64,000 nt of DNA from an uncultured Clostridia bacterium (GTDB lineage: Bacteria; Bacillota; Clostridia; Christensenellales; UBA1242). Both the position numbers and the translations under genes were made by a program. Under the pieces are notes generated by a model. That model did no database searches. It was not told where the DNA came from and was given only the letters and a program-made list of their open reading frames with translations. Below, piece by piece: positions 20,224-29,840 of the stretch. Numbering within the stretch: the stretch's first letter is position 1; every line of letters begins with the position of its first letter. Where the stretch lies: the NCBI GenBank assembly GCA_944383975.1, contig CALWRN010000068.1, forward strand, positions 5,414-69,413, in the 5' to 3' direction.

Positions 20224-21075
20224 ATGAAATTAGCTTCTGATTGGAAAGATTATCAAGTAATAGCCACTGGTGATGGCGAAAAACTTGAGAAGTGGGGTAA
20301 ATATGTGCTGTTAAGACCAGATCCACAAGTAATATGGCATGCACAACAAGATTTAAAAAAATATAAAAAACTTGATGCACATTATATTCGTTCAAGTTCA
20401 GGCGGTGGACAATGGAATTATATAAATAAGTTGCCAGACGAATGGACTATTGAATGGAAGGGAATTAAGTTTATAATTAAACCTATGGGTTTTAAGCATA
20501 CAGGATTGTTTCCAGAACAAGCAGTTAACTGGAATGATTTGATAGATGTAATAAAAAAAGCCAACAGACCAATTAAAATTTTAAATTTATTTGCTTATAC
20601 AGGTGCTGCTAGTGTTGTTTGTGCAAAGGCTGGTGCATCAGTTACACATGTTGATGCAAGCAAGGGAATGGTTGAAAGAGCAAAAGAAAATGCAAAACTA
20701 AATAATATAACTAATATTAGATATATTATTGATGATTGCAAGAAGTTTATTGAAAGAGAAATTAGAAGAGGCAATTTTTATGATGCTATAATCATGGATC
20801 CTCCAAGTTACGGTCGTGGGACTAATGGAGAAATGTGGAAGCTAGAAGATAACTTATTTGATTTTGTTATGCTTACAAAAAAAGTGTTGTCTGATAAGCC
20901 TCTTTTTGTTCTTATTTCTTCATATACAACAGGCTTGCAGGCAAGTGTTCTTTCCAACATTCTTGCTTTAGTTTTTGGAAGTGGAAATATTGATGCAGAT
21001 GAAATAGGTTTGCCAACAGATGAAAAAATTGTATTACCATGTGGTTCAAGGGGAATAAAAATATGGAAGAATTAA
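20224..21075 (+). CDS. Class I SAM-dependent methyltransferase (RlmI/YwbD-like, no PUA domain)
   Basis: LNLFAYTGAASVVCAKAGA (motif I), VDASKGMVERAKENAKLN, and IIMDPPSYGRG (motif IV). The ATG at 20224 is preferred over the track's TTG at 20188. Confidence 0.8.
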   Translation: MKLASDWKDYQVIATGDGEKLEKWGKYVLLRPDPQVIWHAQQDLKKYKKLDAHYIRSSSGGGQWNYINKLPDEWTIEWKGIKFIIKPMGFKHTGLFPEQAVNWNDLIDVIKKANRPIKILNLFAYTGAASVVCAKAGASVTHVDASKGMVERAKENAKLNNITNIRYIIDDCKKFIEREIRRGNFYDAIIMDPPSYGRGTNGEMWKLEDNLFDFVMLTKKVLSDKPLFVLISSYTTGLQASVLSNILALVFGSGNIDADEIGLPTDEKIVLPCGSRGIKIWKN

Positions 21076-21761
21076 TTGTTTTATATGAAGATAATCATGT
21101 AATAGTTGTGGTTAAGCCTCAAAATGTTCCATCTCAAGAAGATGCTTCTGGAGATGAAGATATGCTTAACAAAGTTAAAAAATATATAAAGGAAAAGTAT
21201 AATAAAGAGGGTGAGGCTTTTGTTGGACTTGTTCACAGACTTGATCGTCCGACTGGCGGAATAATGGTGTTTGCAAAGACATCTAAAGCAGCAGCAAGAT
21301 TATCAGAGCAAATAAAAAATAATCAAATGAACAAAACTTACTATGCAGTAACTTCTCAAATTCCACAACTTAAACAGAATAATTTGGTAAATTATCTAAA
21401 AAAAGATGAAAAAAATAACATAGTCAAAATAGTTCCACAATCAGAACAAGGTGCAAAGAAAGCAGAACTTAGTTATAAAGTATTGCAAACTAATGGGGAA
21501 CTTGCTCTTTTAGAAGTCAAATTGATTACAGGAAGAGGGCATCAGATTAGAGTACAGTTAGCAGGAATAAATTGTCCTTTATTTGGTGATAACAAGTATG
21601 GAAAAGAAAAAAATAAAAAATCAAGCAACTTGGGATTATGGGCAGGAAGACTTGAGTTTATTCATCCAACCACAAAACAAAAAATGACATTTGCATGTCC
21701 ACCTGATTGTGATAAAGAACCATGGAATAAATTTTATTTAGACAAATATTTTATAAGATAA
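21063..21761 (+). CDS. RluA-family pseudouridine synthase
   Basis: HRLDRPTGGIMVFAKT with the catalytic Asp, and GRGHQIRVQLA. The ATG at 21063 (MEELIVLYEDNHVIVV) overlaps the methyltransferase gene by 13 nt. Confidence 0.88.
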   Translation: MEELIVLYEDNHVIVVVKPQNVPSQEDASGDEDMLNKVKKYIKEKYNKEGEAFVGLVHRLDRPTGGIMVFAKTSKAAARLSEQIKNNQMNKTYYAVTSQIPQLKQNNLVNYLKKDEKNNIVKIVPQSEQGAKKAELSYKVLQTNGELALLEVKLITGRGHQIRVQLAGINCPLFGDNKYGKEKNKKSSNLGLWAGRLEFIHPTTKQKMTFACPPDCDKEPWNKFYLDKYFIR

Positions 21762-21807
21762 TTTAAAATATATTATTTATAAATAATAAAATTAAATAAA
21801 ACCAAAT

Positions 21808-21840
21808 AAAAAGTCAAAATTTTTGACTTTTTATTTTTTT
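21808..21840 (+). terminator. Rho-independent terminator
   Basis: aaaagtcaa pairs with ttgactttt, followed by a T-run. Confidence 0.6.
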
Positions 21841-21893
21841 TCATAAGTTAAATTGACTATAATAAAGATAAATGAATAATTAAAGGAGTAATA

Positions 21894-23669
21894 ATGAAAA
21901 CAAGAAATCAAATTAGCGATAATTATAAATGGGATTTATCTCCATTATGCAACAGTGATGAAGATTTTTATAAGGGAATAGAAAAAGTTAAAGACTATAT
22001 TCAAAAATTTAAAAAATTTGAAAACAAACTTAAAGATAAAGAAACTATTTTAAAATTTTTCAAATTAGATCAAGAATTTGATAATTTTATTGAACCACTT
22101 TATCTATATGTTCATTTAAAACATGATGAAGTTTTGTCCGATAGAAAAAGAAATGAAATGTCAGAAAAAATGAGTCATATTTTAAGCGAACTTTCTATTG
22201 AAACCTCTTTTGTTTCAACTGAACTACATGAAATTCCTGATGAGTTAATAGATGATATTTTAAAAGATAAAAGATTTAAAGATTATGACAGAATGTTTGA
22301 AAGCATAAAGAAAGAAAAAATTCATATGTTATCAAAACAAGAGGAGAAATTGCTTGCAGGAATGAATTTTTTGGGTGGATTTTCATCTAATATGGAAAAA
22401 CTTGCAGATGTTGATATTGATTTTGGCAAAATTAAAGATAGCAAAGGAAAGGAATATAATTTAAGTCAATCAAATTATTCAGTATTTTTAAGAAGCAAAG
22501 ATAGAGAACTTAGAAAAAATACAATAACAACATTAAATGGAACATTTGGCAAATATATTAATACTCTTGCAAACAATTATATTTGTGAAGTTAAAGAAAA
22601 TTGTTATTTTGCTAAAGTTAGAAAATATAATTCAGCTTTAGATGAAGCACTATTTAATGAAGAGGTGTCAAAAAATGTTTATGATACTTTAATTAGCAGT
22701 GTAAATAAAAATTTAAAAGTTTTATTTGATTATTTCAAATTAAAGAAAAACGTTTTGGGATTAAATGATTTTTATATATATGATTGCATGGCTGGATTAG
22801 ATAAAACTAGTGGGAAAAAATATACTTATGACCAGGCAATAGAAATTATTATGGAAGCAGTAAAACCATTAGGGGAAGAATATGTTAATCTTATCAAAGA
22901 GGCAAAGGAACAAAAATGGATTGATGTTTTTCCTAATAAAGACAAACGCTCTGGTGCATATGAAACTGGAATATATGGATACCATCCTTATGTTTTGACC
23001 AATTTTGAAGGGGACTTAGATTCAGTATTTACTTTGGCTCATGAATTAGGTCATGCAATGCATACACATTTTTCAAATAAAAATCAACCAAGACCAAAAT
23101 CAGAATATACAATTTTTTTAGCAGAAATTGCAAGCACGACAAATGAGATTTTGCTTATTAATTATTTTTTAAACAAATCTAATTCAAAAAATGAGAAGAT
23201 TTATATTTTAAATAAGTTTTTTGATGAAATTAAAGGCACTATCTTTAGACAAACAATGTTTGCTGAATTTGAAGAAAATGTTCATTCTTCTTATGAGAGG
23301 GGGGAATCTTTAACAAAAGACGGACTTTGTGAATATTACTATGATTTAAATAAAAAATATTTTGGAAAGGTAAAACTTGTCAAAGAAATTCAATATGAGT
23401 GGGCTAGAATTCCACATTTCTTTAACGCCTTCTATGTTTATAAATATGCTACAGGTATGATAAGTGCAATAACATTTGTAAATAAAATATTGTCAAAAGG
23501 AGAAGAAGCTGTTAAGGATTATTATAAATTTTTGACGGCAGGGTCAAGCGATACACCCATAAATATTTTAAAAAATGCAAATTGCAATTTGGAAGATGAG
23601 AAAACATTTGAAGAGTGTTTTGATTACTTAAAATCATTATTAAAAGAATGGCAAAAAATTCAAAAATAA
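21894..23669 (+). CDS. pepF: Oligoendopeptidase F (M3B)
   Basis: 591 aa with zinc motif LAHELGHAMH and FLAEIASTTNE downstream. Confidence 0.9.
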   Translation: MKTRNQISDNYKWDLSPLCNSDEDFYKGIEKVKDYIQKFKKFENKLKDKETILKFFKLDQEFDNFIEPLYLYVHLKHDEVLSDRKRNEMSEKMSHILSELSIETSFVSTELHEIPDELIDDILKDKRFKDYDRMFESIKKEKIHMLSKQEEKLLAGMNFLGGFSSNMEKLADVDIDFGKIKDSKGKEYNLSQSNYSVFLRSKDRELRKNTITTLNGTFGKYINTLANNYICEVKENCYFAKVRKYNSALDEALFNEEVSKNVYDTLISSVNKNLKVLFDYFKLKKNVLGLNDFYIYDCMAGLDKTSGKKYTYDQAIEIIMEAVKPLGEEYVNLIKEAKEQKWIDVFPNKDKRSGAYETGIYGYHPYVLTNFEGDLDSVFTLAHELGHAMHTHFSNKNQPRPKSEYTIFLAEIASTTNEILLINYFLNKSNSKNEKIYILNKFFDEIKGTIFRQTMFAEFEENVHSSYERGESLTKDGLCEYYYDLNKKYFGKVKLVKEIQYEWARIPHFFNAFYVYKYATGMISAITFVNKILSKGEEAVKDYYKFLTAGSSDTPINILKNANCNLEDEKTFEECFDYLKSLLKEWQKIQK

Positions 23670-23674
23670 ATTAA

Positions 23675-23710
23675 AAAAACACCATATTTAAAAATTATGG
23701 TGTTTTTTAT
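23675..23710. terminator. Bidirectional terminator between convergent pepF and a membrane-protein gene
   Basis: aacaccata (23677-23685) pairs with tatggtgtt (23696-23704), with A and T runs on both sides. It overlaps the last codons of the minus-strand ORF. Confidence 0.7.
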
Positions 23711-24434
23711 TGGTTTTTAAATATATAAATCTTTTATTTTTAAAAAAATTAATTTTAACAATTCTTTTATATTTAATTTTGGTTTTTATGTTTTTAAAAC
23801 TTTTTTCTTTAAGTTTATATAATTTTGTAATCATATATAATGCAATTAAGATAATAAAGAATCCGGCTGTTATACCTGTCAATATGTTATAAACGATGGC
23901 ATCTCCAGTTGGAATTGAGAAGGAGAGAATGGCTACTTGAGTTAATACAATAGAAGATAGTGCAGATGATATGTTAATACATTTAAGTCCAATCAACAGC
24001 AAGTCGTTTGATTTCTTTGATTTTATAAGCCCGCTTATTGAAAAGAATATTTCACTAAAAGCGATTGCTGCTATTGCAATAGAAACAATCATATTATAAT
24101 TTTGAGTTTTAGGCGACACAAACAATTCTAAAATATAAAAAAGATATAACAAGCCACCACCAAAGATAGTCCATGCAATTCTTTTAAAATACTTTGTTTC
24201 CTGAATTTGATTTTTTGAAAGTCTTCTTCCGTCAAAGTAGGCAGTTTTAGCAAGGGCAGTGCACATTGTATAAAATCCACTTATGGAAAGAAATACAGAA
24301 GAGACAATTCCGGCAAGGACTAATTTAATAAAAGCCCAAATAAAGTTTGTTATCATGCTAATTTTATTTGTAAAAGAAGTTTTTGATTTATAAGGCATAT
24401 TTTTAAAATTTTTTACAAGATCTTTTATATTCAT
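23688..24434 (-). CDS. Polytopic membrane protein, unknown function
   Basis: 248 aa with about 6 hydrophobic helices. It lies 10 nt downstream of the GT4 gene on the same strand. Confidence 0.6.
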   Translation of the reverse strand: MNIKDLVKNFKNMPYKSKTSFTNKISMITNFIWAFIKLVLAGIVSSVFLSISGFYTMCTALAKTAYFDGRRLSKNQIQETKYFKRIAWTIFGGGLLYLFYILELFVSPKTQNYNMIVSIAIAAIAFSEIFFSISGLIKSKKSNDLLLIGLKCINISSALSSIVLTQVAILSFSIPTGDAIVYNILTGITAGFFIILIALYMITKLYKLKEKSFKNIKTKIKYKRIVKINFFKNKRFIYLKTNKKHHNF

Positions 24435-24444
24435 TTATTTTCCT

Positions 24445-25584
24445 TTATTCTTCTCTTTTAGCAATTGTTTCTAAAAACATTCTTTCCATTTGATCCATAC
24501 AGCCTTCTAGATTAAAACGATTACCAAATTGAAGGTATTGTTTTTTGAGTTCTTCTTTTTCTTTAGGGTGTTCAATCCAATAATCTATTTTATCACTTAA
24601 ATCATGGTAGTTATTACATTTAAAGATATTATTTGGTGTGATTGCAAAATTTTTTGTTGCACTTCTAATTGAATCTGAAACAACAGGGACTAAACCACAA
24701 ACAACGGCTTCAAGGCACGCAATCCCTTCTAATTCTACTTCTGCAGGGTGAACATATAAATCGCAGTAATTTAAAAGTTTTATCATTTCTTCTCTTGTAA
24801 AATATTTTATTATTGGTCTATTTTTGATTTTTCTTAATGCATATTTTTCTAATTTATATTGCAATGGTCCTTGTCCAGCCATAATCAACTGAATTTTATC
24901 ATTATATTTTGAATGAGCAATTGCTTTTAAAAGAACCATGTGTGATTTTTCTTTACATAGACGCCCCGTTGTTAAAATTAAAAATTTATCTTTAAATTCT
25001 TCTGGCTTTTGACATTCAATACTTTTAACATCTGGGTTTACTCCGTTGCTAATTATATAGTGGTTTGTTTTTCCAACAATGTTTTCAAAAACATCACAAA
25101 TAAATTGTGTTGGGTAGTGGATAGCATCACAAAATTGATAAATGCTTTTATAAAATTGTTTATAAATATTCTTATTCAAAACATTACAATTCATTAATCC
25201 TAAATGGCTAGAAATAAGTTCTGCCTGACAATGAAATCCTGCAGTCACAGGTTTCCCTAATTTTTTTGCTATTTTACATGCTGTAACTCCCATTGGAAAA
25301 GGTAGCATTATATGGACAATATCACATTCATAAAAAGCATCAAGTATGGCATTTCTATCAGTTTTTGGAAGTGAAACTCCATTTCTTTCTATAATTTTAT
25401 TTAAAGGTCCAAGGTTTAATTTTTCCAATATGATAAAATCTTCTTGATTTTTCTTATCTTCATCGCAACATACAACTTTAACATCATGTCCTTTAGATTT
25501 TAGATAATCAATCAAATTATATGCTGCAATAGTTGTGCCATTGTTTTTCTTTCCAAGGACATCACAAACTATTACGATTTTCAT
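24445..25584 (-). CDS. GT4-family (GT-B) glycosyltransferase, glycolipid-synthase-like
   Basis: N-terminal MKIVIVCDVLGKKNNGTT and the C-terminal nucleotide-sugar motif PAEVELEGIACLEAVVCGLVPVVSD. Confidence 0.8.
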   Translation of the reverse strand: MKIVIVCDVLGKKNNGTTIAAYNLIDYLKSKGHDVKVVCCDEDKKNQEDFIILEKLNLGPLNKIIERNGVSLPKTDRNAILDAFYECDIVHIMLPFPMGVTACKIAKKLGKPVTAGFHCQAELISSHLGLMNCNVLNKNIYKQFYKSIYQFCDAIHYPTQFICDVFENIVGKTNHYIISNGVNPDVKSIECQKPEEFKDKFLILTTGRLCKEKSHMVLLKAIAHSKYNDKIQLIMAGQGPLQYKLEKYALRKIKNRPIIKYFTREEMIKLLNYCDLYVHPAEVELEGIACLEAVVCGLVPVVSDSIRSATKNFAITPNNIFKCNNYHDLSDKIDYWIEHPKEKEELKKQYLQFGNRFNLEGCMDQMERMFLETIAKREE

Positions 25585-25789
25585 TTTAACTCCTAGTATT
25601 TTTGGGCTAAAGGAATATTATTTAAGCCACTTAAAAATATTATAACATAGCCAAAAGTATTGAGACAATTATTTTAGCCATATTATGTCTCTTTCTTTTA
25701 AAATAATAACTAAAATAATAGTGAAAATGATAACAAAATGTTTATTGATTAAAAACTGATTGAAATCCTAAAAAAATTGTAGAAAACTA

Positions 25790-25817
25790 TTGAAAAATCG
25801 TCTTAATATGATAAAAT
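25790..25817 (+). promoter_or_regulatory. Sigma-A-type promoter of cassette copy 1
   Basis: TTGAAA (25790-25795), 16 nt spacer with TG at -15/-14, TAAAAT (25812-25817). Confidence 0.5.
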
Positions 25818-25849
25818 AAAATTGAAGGGAACTTTAAAGAGAGGTAATA

Positions 25850-27436
25850 ATGGGTAAGAAAGAATTTAGAAAAACACCAAAACATAACAATCAAAATAGA
25901 AAAAATTATTACCATGTTGATGAAGATGTAAGAAAGGAAGTAGAGATTTTTCTAAAAACCAGTGGGAAAGAGGCTACTTTACAACTAGTAAACAATTTAA
26001 AAAATAAAGGTATTAATGATGGTTATGTTAAGAACATCATTAAAAAAGCAATTTATTTTGATATTTTAAAGCATCACAAAAATGCTGATAAGAGCAAAAT
26101 ATATTTTAGTCAAATGCCAGAGGAATTTATAGAAAGTTTTTCTTCAGATCAATTCTTTTCAAAATACTGGAAATTTGTTCCATATATATTAAAAAGTTAT
26201 GAATATAACAAACTTATAACATCTTTTAAAAATCCTATATTTATGCAAGGCTATAATTATGATGCACCACTATATGCTTTTAAAAACAGTTATGATTTTA
26301 ATGGAAATTCAAGTTCGCATAAACGAAAAGATGGGAAGGTTTCTTTAAATGACCTACGATTTTATATGAATGAAAATGATAAAATTATGTTTGCAAAAGA
26401 AGTTAAAACTAAATATGAACCTATAAGTCTAAAAATCGTTAAAGAAAAGAGACGTATGCTCGGAGAAAAAGCTGACAAGGTTATATATGATTCAAATGCT
26501 TACGAAAGAACTCTTTCTATTTCAATGTATGTATTGTTAGATGGAAACCCAAATAAAGCATATACATATTTTAGATATGATAGTTCAAATCATTCTCACA
26601 ACAATTTATATATTGGTAATGACAAAAGAAAAGAAGTTTTTGGTCAAATAGCAGAAAGCCCACATTTTCATTTTCAAAATGTAGATGATAATTTATTGTG
26701 CCTTAAAAAATTTGTAGGGAATGATAGATATATTAAATATAAAACAGGCAGATGTAATGCAATAGATATTCCACATTTAAAGAAATATTTACAGGAACTT
26801 GATAAAAAAGATATTGAAGAACTTAATGATGAATTTCATAAAGGATTAACATATGAAATGCCTTTCTTGGAATATAAAGTTAAAAATAAAAGAATACATC
26901 TTAATTATAATAAAATAATTGAAAAATTCACATCTGAATTGACTGAAGAACAACTTGAAATTTTTAATGATATATTAAATGTTTTTAATTTAAGATCAGA
27001 TGCTTTGCAAAATAATAGAACAAACAATTTCTTTGATCCTCTTATAAAAGCACTTGACTTGTTACAGTATTTACATAATTACATATCAATTAGTGAAAAT
27101 GATGTAAGCTCTTTAGAAAGAAAAGAAATCTTATCAAATATAGAAATATTGTTTGCAAGTAATATTGTTGATGGAATATGTAGAAATTCTTCAAAATTTT
27201 TGGAAAAGAGATATCGTCCACTTTATTCAATAAAATCAGATTATTTAACAAAAATAGAGCAAATTAGCAGCGAAGAAAATTTAGAAGAAAATAATTCAGA
27301 ATATACTATAAAAGAAGACTGTAAATTTAGTTGTATTGATAATGTGGATTCTAAATGTGAAAAAATAGAACAAAATGACTATGATTATGAAAACTATTCA
27401 CAAATAAAAATAGAAGAGGTTAACCATGAAAATTGA
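25850..27436 (+). CDS. Uncharacterised large protein with the PHFHF core (cassette copy 1)
   Basis: 528 aa with RBS AGAGAGG. The core FRYDSSNHSHNN..FGQIAESPHFHF (PHFHF at 26660-26674) and YEMPFLEYK are shared with the ORF at 46290. The tail is acidic. Confidence 0.75.
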   Translation: MGKKEFRKTPKHNNQNRKNYYHVDEDVRKEVEIFLKTSGKEATLQLVNNLKNKGINDGYVKNIIKKAIYFDILKHHKNADKSKIYFSQMPEEFIESFSSDQFFSKYWKFVPYILKSYEYNKLITSFKNPIFMQGYNYDAPLYAFKNSYDFNGNSSSHKRKDGKVSLNDLRFYMNENDKIMFAKEVKTKYEPISLKIVKEKRRMLGEKADKVIYDSNAYERTLSISMYVLLDGNPNKAYTYFRYDSSNHSHNNLYIGNDKRKEVFGQIAESPHFHFQNVDDNLLCLKKFVGNDRYIKYKTGRCNAIDIPHLKKYLQELDKKDIEELNDEFHKGLTYEMPFLEYKVKNKRIHLNYNKIIEKFTSELTEEQLEIFNDILNVFNLRSDALQNNRTNNFFDPLIKALDLLQYLHNYISISENDVSSLERKEILSNIEILFASNIVDGICRNSSKFLEKRYRPLYSIKSDYLTKIEQISSEENLEENNSEYTIKEDCKFSCIDNVDSKCEKIEQNDYDYENYSQIKIEEVNHEN

Positions 27437-27803
27437 AAAAGCTGTTGAAACATTAAAAGTTTATATTGGAAAGGATAGTATAAAAAAAATCAATAGTCAA
27501 AAATATGAAATTGAAACCAAACTTATACATCTTGGCAGTTTAGATCCCTTAAAAATTTATTTGGTAGAGTTAAATGAAAAATTATATTTTGCTGATTATG
27601 GATATATTTTGAATGAGTTTAACAGCCCAAAACTTTCAGAAGACAAATTTAAATTTTTATATAACTTTTTACAAAAAAGCAAAATTAATTTTGAAAACAA
27701 TGAAAGATTATTTATGGAAACTAATGATGAAAAAATTGTTTTTGATTATAATTTGTTTATTATTGGAATTTCAATACTTCAATCAATTTTAGTAGATTTT
27801 TAA
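27426..27803 (+). CDS. Small partner protein, DUF1828-like (cassette copy 1)
   Basis: 125 aa. The start overlaps the upstream stop by 11 nt, and RBS AGAAGAGG lies inside the upstream gene. The pattern LYFADYGYIL...INFENNERLF...LFIIGISILQSI resembles DUF1828 (from memory). Confidence 0.65.
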   Translation: MKIEKAVETLKVYIGKDSIKKINSQKYEIETKLIHLGSLDPLKIYLVELNEKLYFADYGYILNEFNSPKLSEDKFKFLYNFLQKSKINFENNERLFMETNDEKIVFDYNLFIIGISILQSILVDF

Positions 27804-27811
27804 AATGGGGA

Positions 27812-27842
27812 AAAGATACTTTACTAGAAGTATCTTTTTTAT
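27812..27842 (+). terminator. Rho-independent terminator of cassette copy 1
   Basis: aaagatact (27812-27820) pairs with agtatcttt (27829-27837), followed by a T-run. Confidence 0.75.
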
Positions 27843-27864
27843 TTTATTTTGTTTCAATTTAAAG

Positions 27865-27893
27865 TTGCAATTTAGATTTTTAAAATGTATAAT
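27865..27893 (+). promoter_or_regulatory. Sigma-A-type promoter of the ABC transporter operon
   Basis: TTGCAA (27865-27870), 17 nt spacer, TATAAT (27888-27893), with TG upstream of the -10. Confidence 0.55.
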
Positions 27894-27986
27894 ATAAGTG
27901 AGAAATACATATCAATTTACCCTAATTTATATTAAATTTTGTATCTTGTAACAAAATTTTATAATACAATTGATAAGGAGGGGCGA

Positions 27987-28934
27987 ATGAACATAATAGA
28001 AGTAGAGAATTTAACACAAGATTATGGTCATGGAAGAGGTGTTTTTGATGTTTCATTTTCTGTAAAAGAAGGGGAGGTTTTTGGCTTTCTAGGACCAAAT
28101 GGAGCAGGAAAATCTACTACAATTCGCCATATAATGGGTTTTTCACGTCCACAAAAAGGTGATACAAAACTATTTGGACAAGAAACATTTCATAATTACT
28201 ATAAAATCTTAGGCAAGGTTGGTTACTTGCCAGGGGAAATAGCTCTTCCAGAAGGTCTATCTGGATGGGAATTTATTGATATGATGTGCAAACTTCGTAA
28301 CATTGAAAATAAAGATAGATTAAATTATTTGTTAGATAAATTTAAACTAAATCCAAATGCAGAGACAAAAAAGATGTCTTTAGGTGATAAAAGAAAACTT
28401 GCAATTGTGACTGCTTTTATGCATGATCCCGAGGTTTTAATCCTTGATGAACCAACCAGCGGACTTGATCCTGTGATGCAACAAAATTTTATTGATTTTA
28501 TAAAAGAAGAGAAAAAACGAGGTAAAACTATTTTATTATCTTCACATATGTTCAATGAAGTTGAGGCAACTTGTGACAGAATTGCAATTATAAAAGATGG
28601 GAAAATTGTTTCAATGTTTAATGCCAATGATATTAAGCATAACGAAAATAAAAATTTTATGATTTATTTTTCACAGCTAAAAGAACTTAAAGAATTTGTT
28701 TCAAGTTTGCCAAAAACAAGAAAAGATGTTACGAATATAAAAAGAATTGGTGTAAAATCTTTTAATGAAGATGATTTATCTGTTTTAGTTGCTGTTAATG
28801 ATAAGGATATAAATGAATTGGTTGAGATGCTTGCAAAATATAAGATAAAGGCTTTTAAACAAATTAAGTTTACTCTTGAAGATTATTTCATGCAATTTTA
28901 TAAGGAAGATAAAAACTTTGGAGGAACATTCTGA
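27987..28934 (+). CDS. ABC transporter ATP-binding protein 1
   Basis: Walker A GPNGAGKST, signature LSLGDKRKL, Walker B LILDEPTSGLD. The ATG at 27987 follows AAGGAGG; the track's TTG at 27939 is rejected. Confidence 0.9.
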   Translation: MNIIEVENLTQDYGHGRGVFDVSFSVKEGEVFGFLGPNGAGKSTTIRHIMGFSRPQKGDTKLFGQETFHNYYKILGKVGYLPGEIALPEGLSGWEFIDMMCKLRNIENKDRLNYLLDKFKLNPNAETKKMSLGDKRKLAIVTAFMHDPEVLILDEPTSGLDPVMQQNFIDFIKEEKKRGKTILLSSHMFNEVEATCDRIAIIKDGKIVSMFNANDIKHNENKNFMIYFSQLKELKEFVSSLPKTRKDVTNIKRIGVKSFNEDDLSVLVAVNDKDINELVEMLAKYKIKAFKQIKFTLEDYFMQFYKEDKNFGGTF

Positions 28935-29839
28935 TGGAAGTTATAAAAGTTCAAGATCTTACTAAAGATTACGGAGAAAATCGTGGGATTTTTGACATAT
29001 CTTTCTCTGTGAATAAAGGTGAAACCTTTGGATTTGTAGGAACAAATGGCAGTGGAAAAACCACAACCATTCGTCATATCATGGGTTTTTTAAAGCCTCA
29101 AAAAGGTGAGGTTAGTGTTCTTGGAAAAGATGCTTGGAAAGATTCTTGTGAAATAAAAAAATATGTTGAATATGTGCCTGGAGAAATTGCATTTCCTGAC
29201 TTAAGAGATGGAACTTCGTTTTTAAAAGCGCAAGCAGAATTATTAAATCTCAAAGATATGAGCTATGCAAATTATTTGATTGAACAATTACAACTTGACC
29301 CTTCTGCTAATTTAAAAAGAATGAGTAAGGGTATGAAACAAAAGACTGCGATTGTTGCTGCATTGATGGCTGATAAAGATATACTGATTCTTGACGAGCC
29401 AACAACAGGACTAGACCCTCTTATGAGAGAGACCTTTCTTAAGCTTATTTTAGATGAAAAGAAGAAGGGAAAAACAATTTTGATGAGCAGTCAAATGTTT
29501 GATGAACTTGAAATTACTTGTGATAGAGTTGCTCTTATATATAATGGACGAATTATTGATATTGCAGATATAAATCAACTTAAAAATTTGCCATACAGGT
29601 CTTATAAAGTTGAATTTAAAACACCAGAAGATTACATAAAATTTAAAAAACTTAAATTTGAAATAGTAAGAGACCAAGAAAAATATAATCAAGTAACAAT
29701 CAAAGTTTATGATAAAGAAATTAATAGGTTATTTAATATACTGCAAAATTATAATTTAAAATTTATATCTGAAGTTAAATATAATCTTGAAAAATATTTT
29801 AAAGAAGTTTTAACAAAAGTTCATGAAAAAGGAGGGTAA
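28934..29839 (+). CDS. ABC transporter ATP-binding protein 2
   Basis: Walker A GTNGSGKTT, signature MSKGMKQK, Walker B LILDEPTTGLD. The start overlaps the upstream TGA. Confidence 0.9.
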   Translation: MEVIKVQDLTKDYGENRGIFDISFSVNKGETFGFVGTNGSGKTTTIRHIMGFLKPQKGEVSVLGKDAWKDSCEIKKYVEYVPGEIAFPDLRDGTSFLKAQAELLNLKDMSYANYLIEQLQLDPSANLKRMSKGMKQKTAIVAALMADKDILILDEPTTGLDPLMRETFLKLILDEKKKGKTILMSSQMFDELEITCDRVALIYNGRIIDIADINQLKNLPYRSYKVEFKTPEDYIKFKKLKFEIVRDQEKYNQVTIKVYDKEINRLFNILQNYNLKFISEVKYNLEKYFKEVLTKVHEKGG

Positions 29840-29840
29840 A

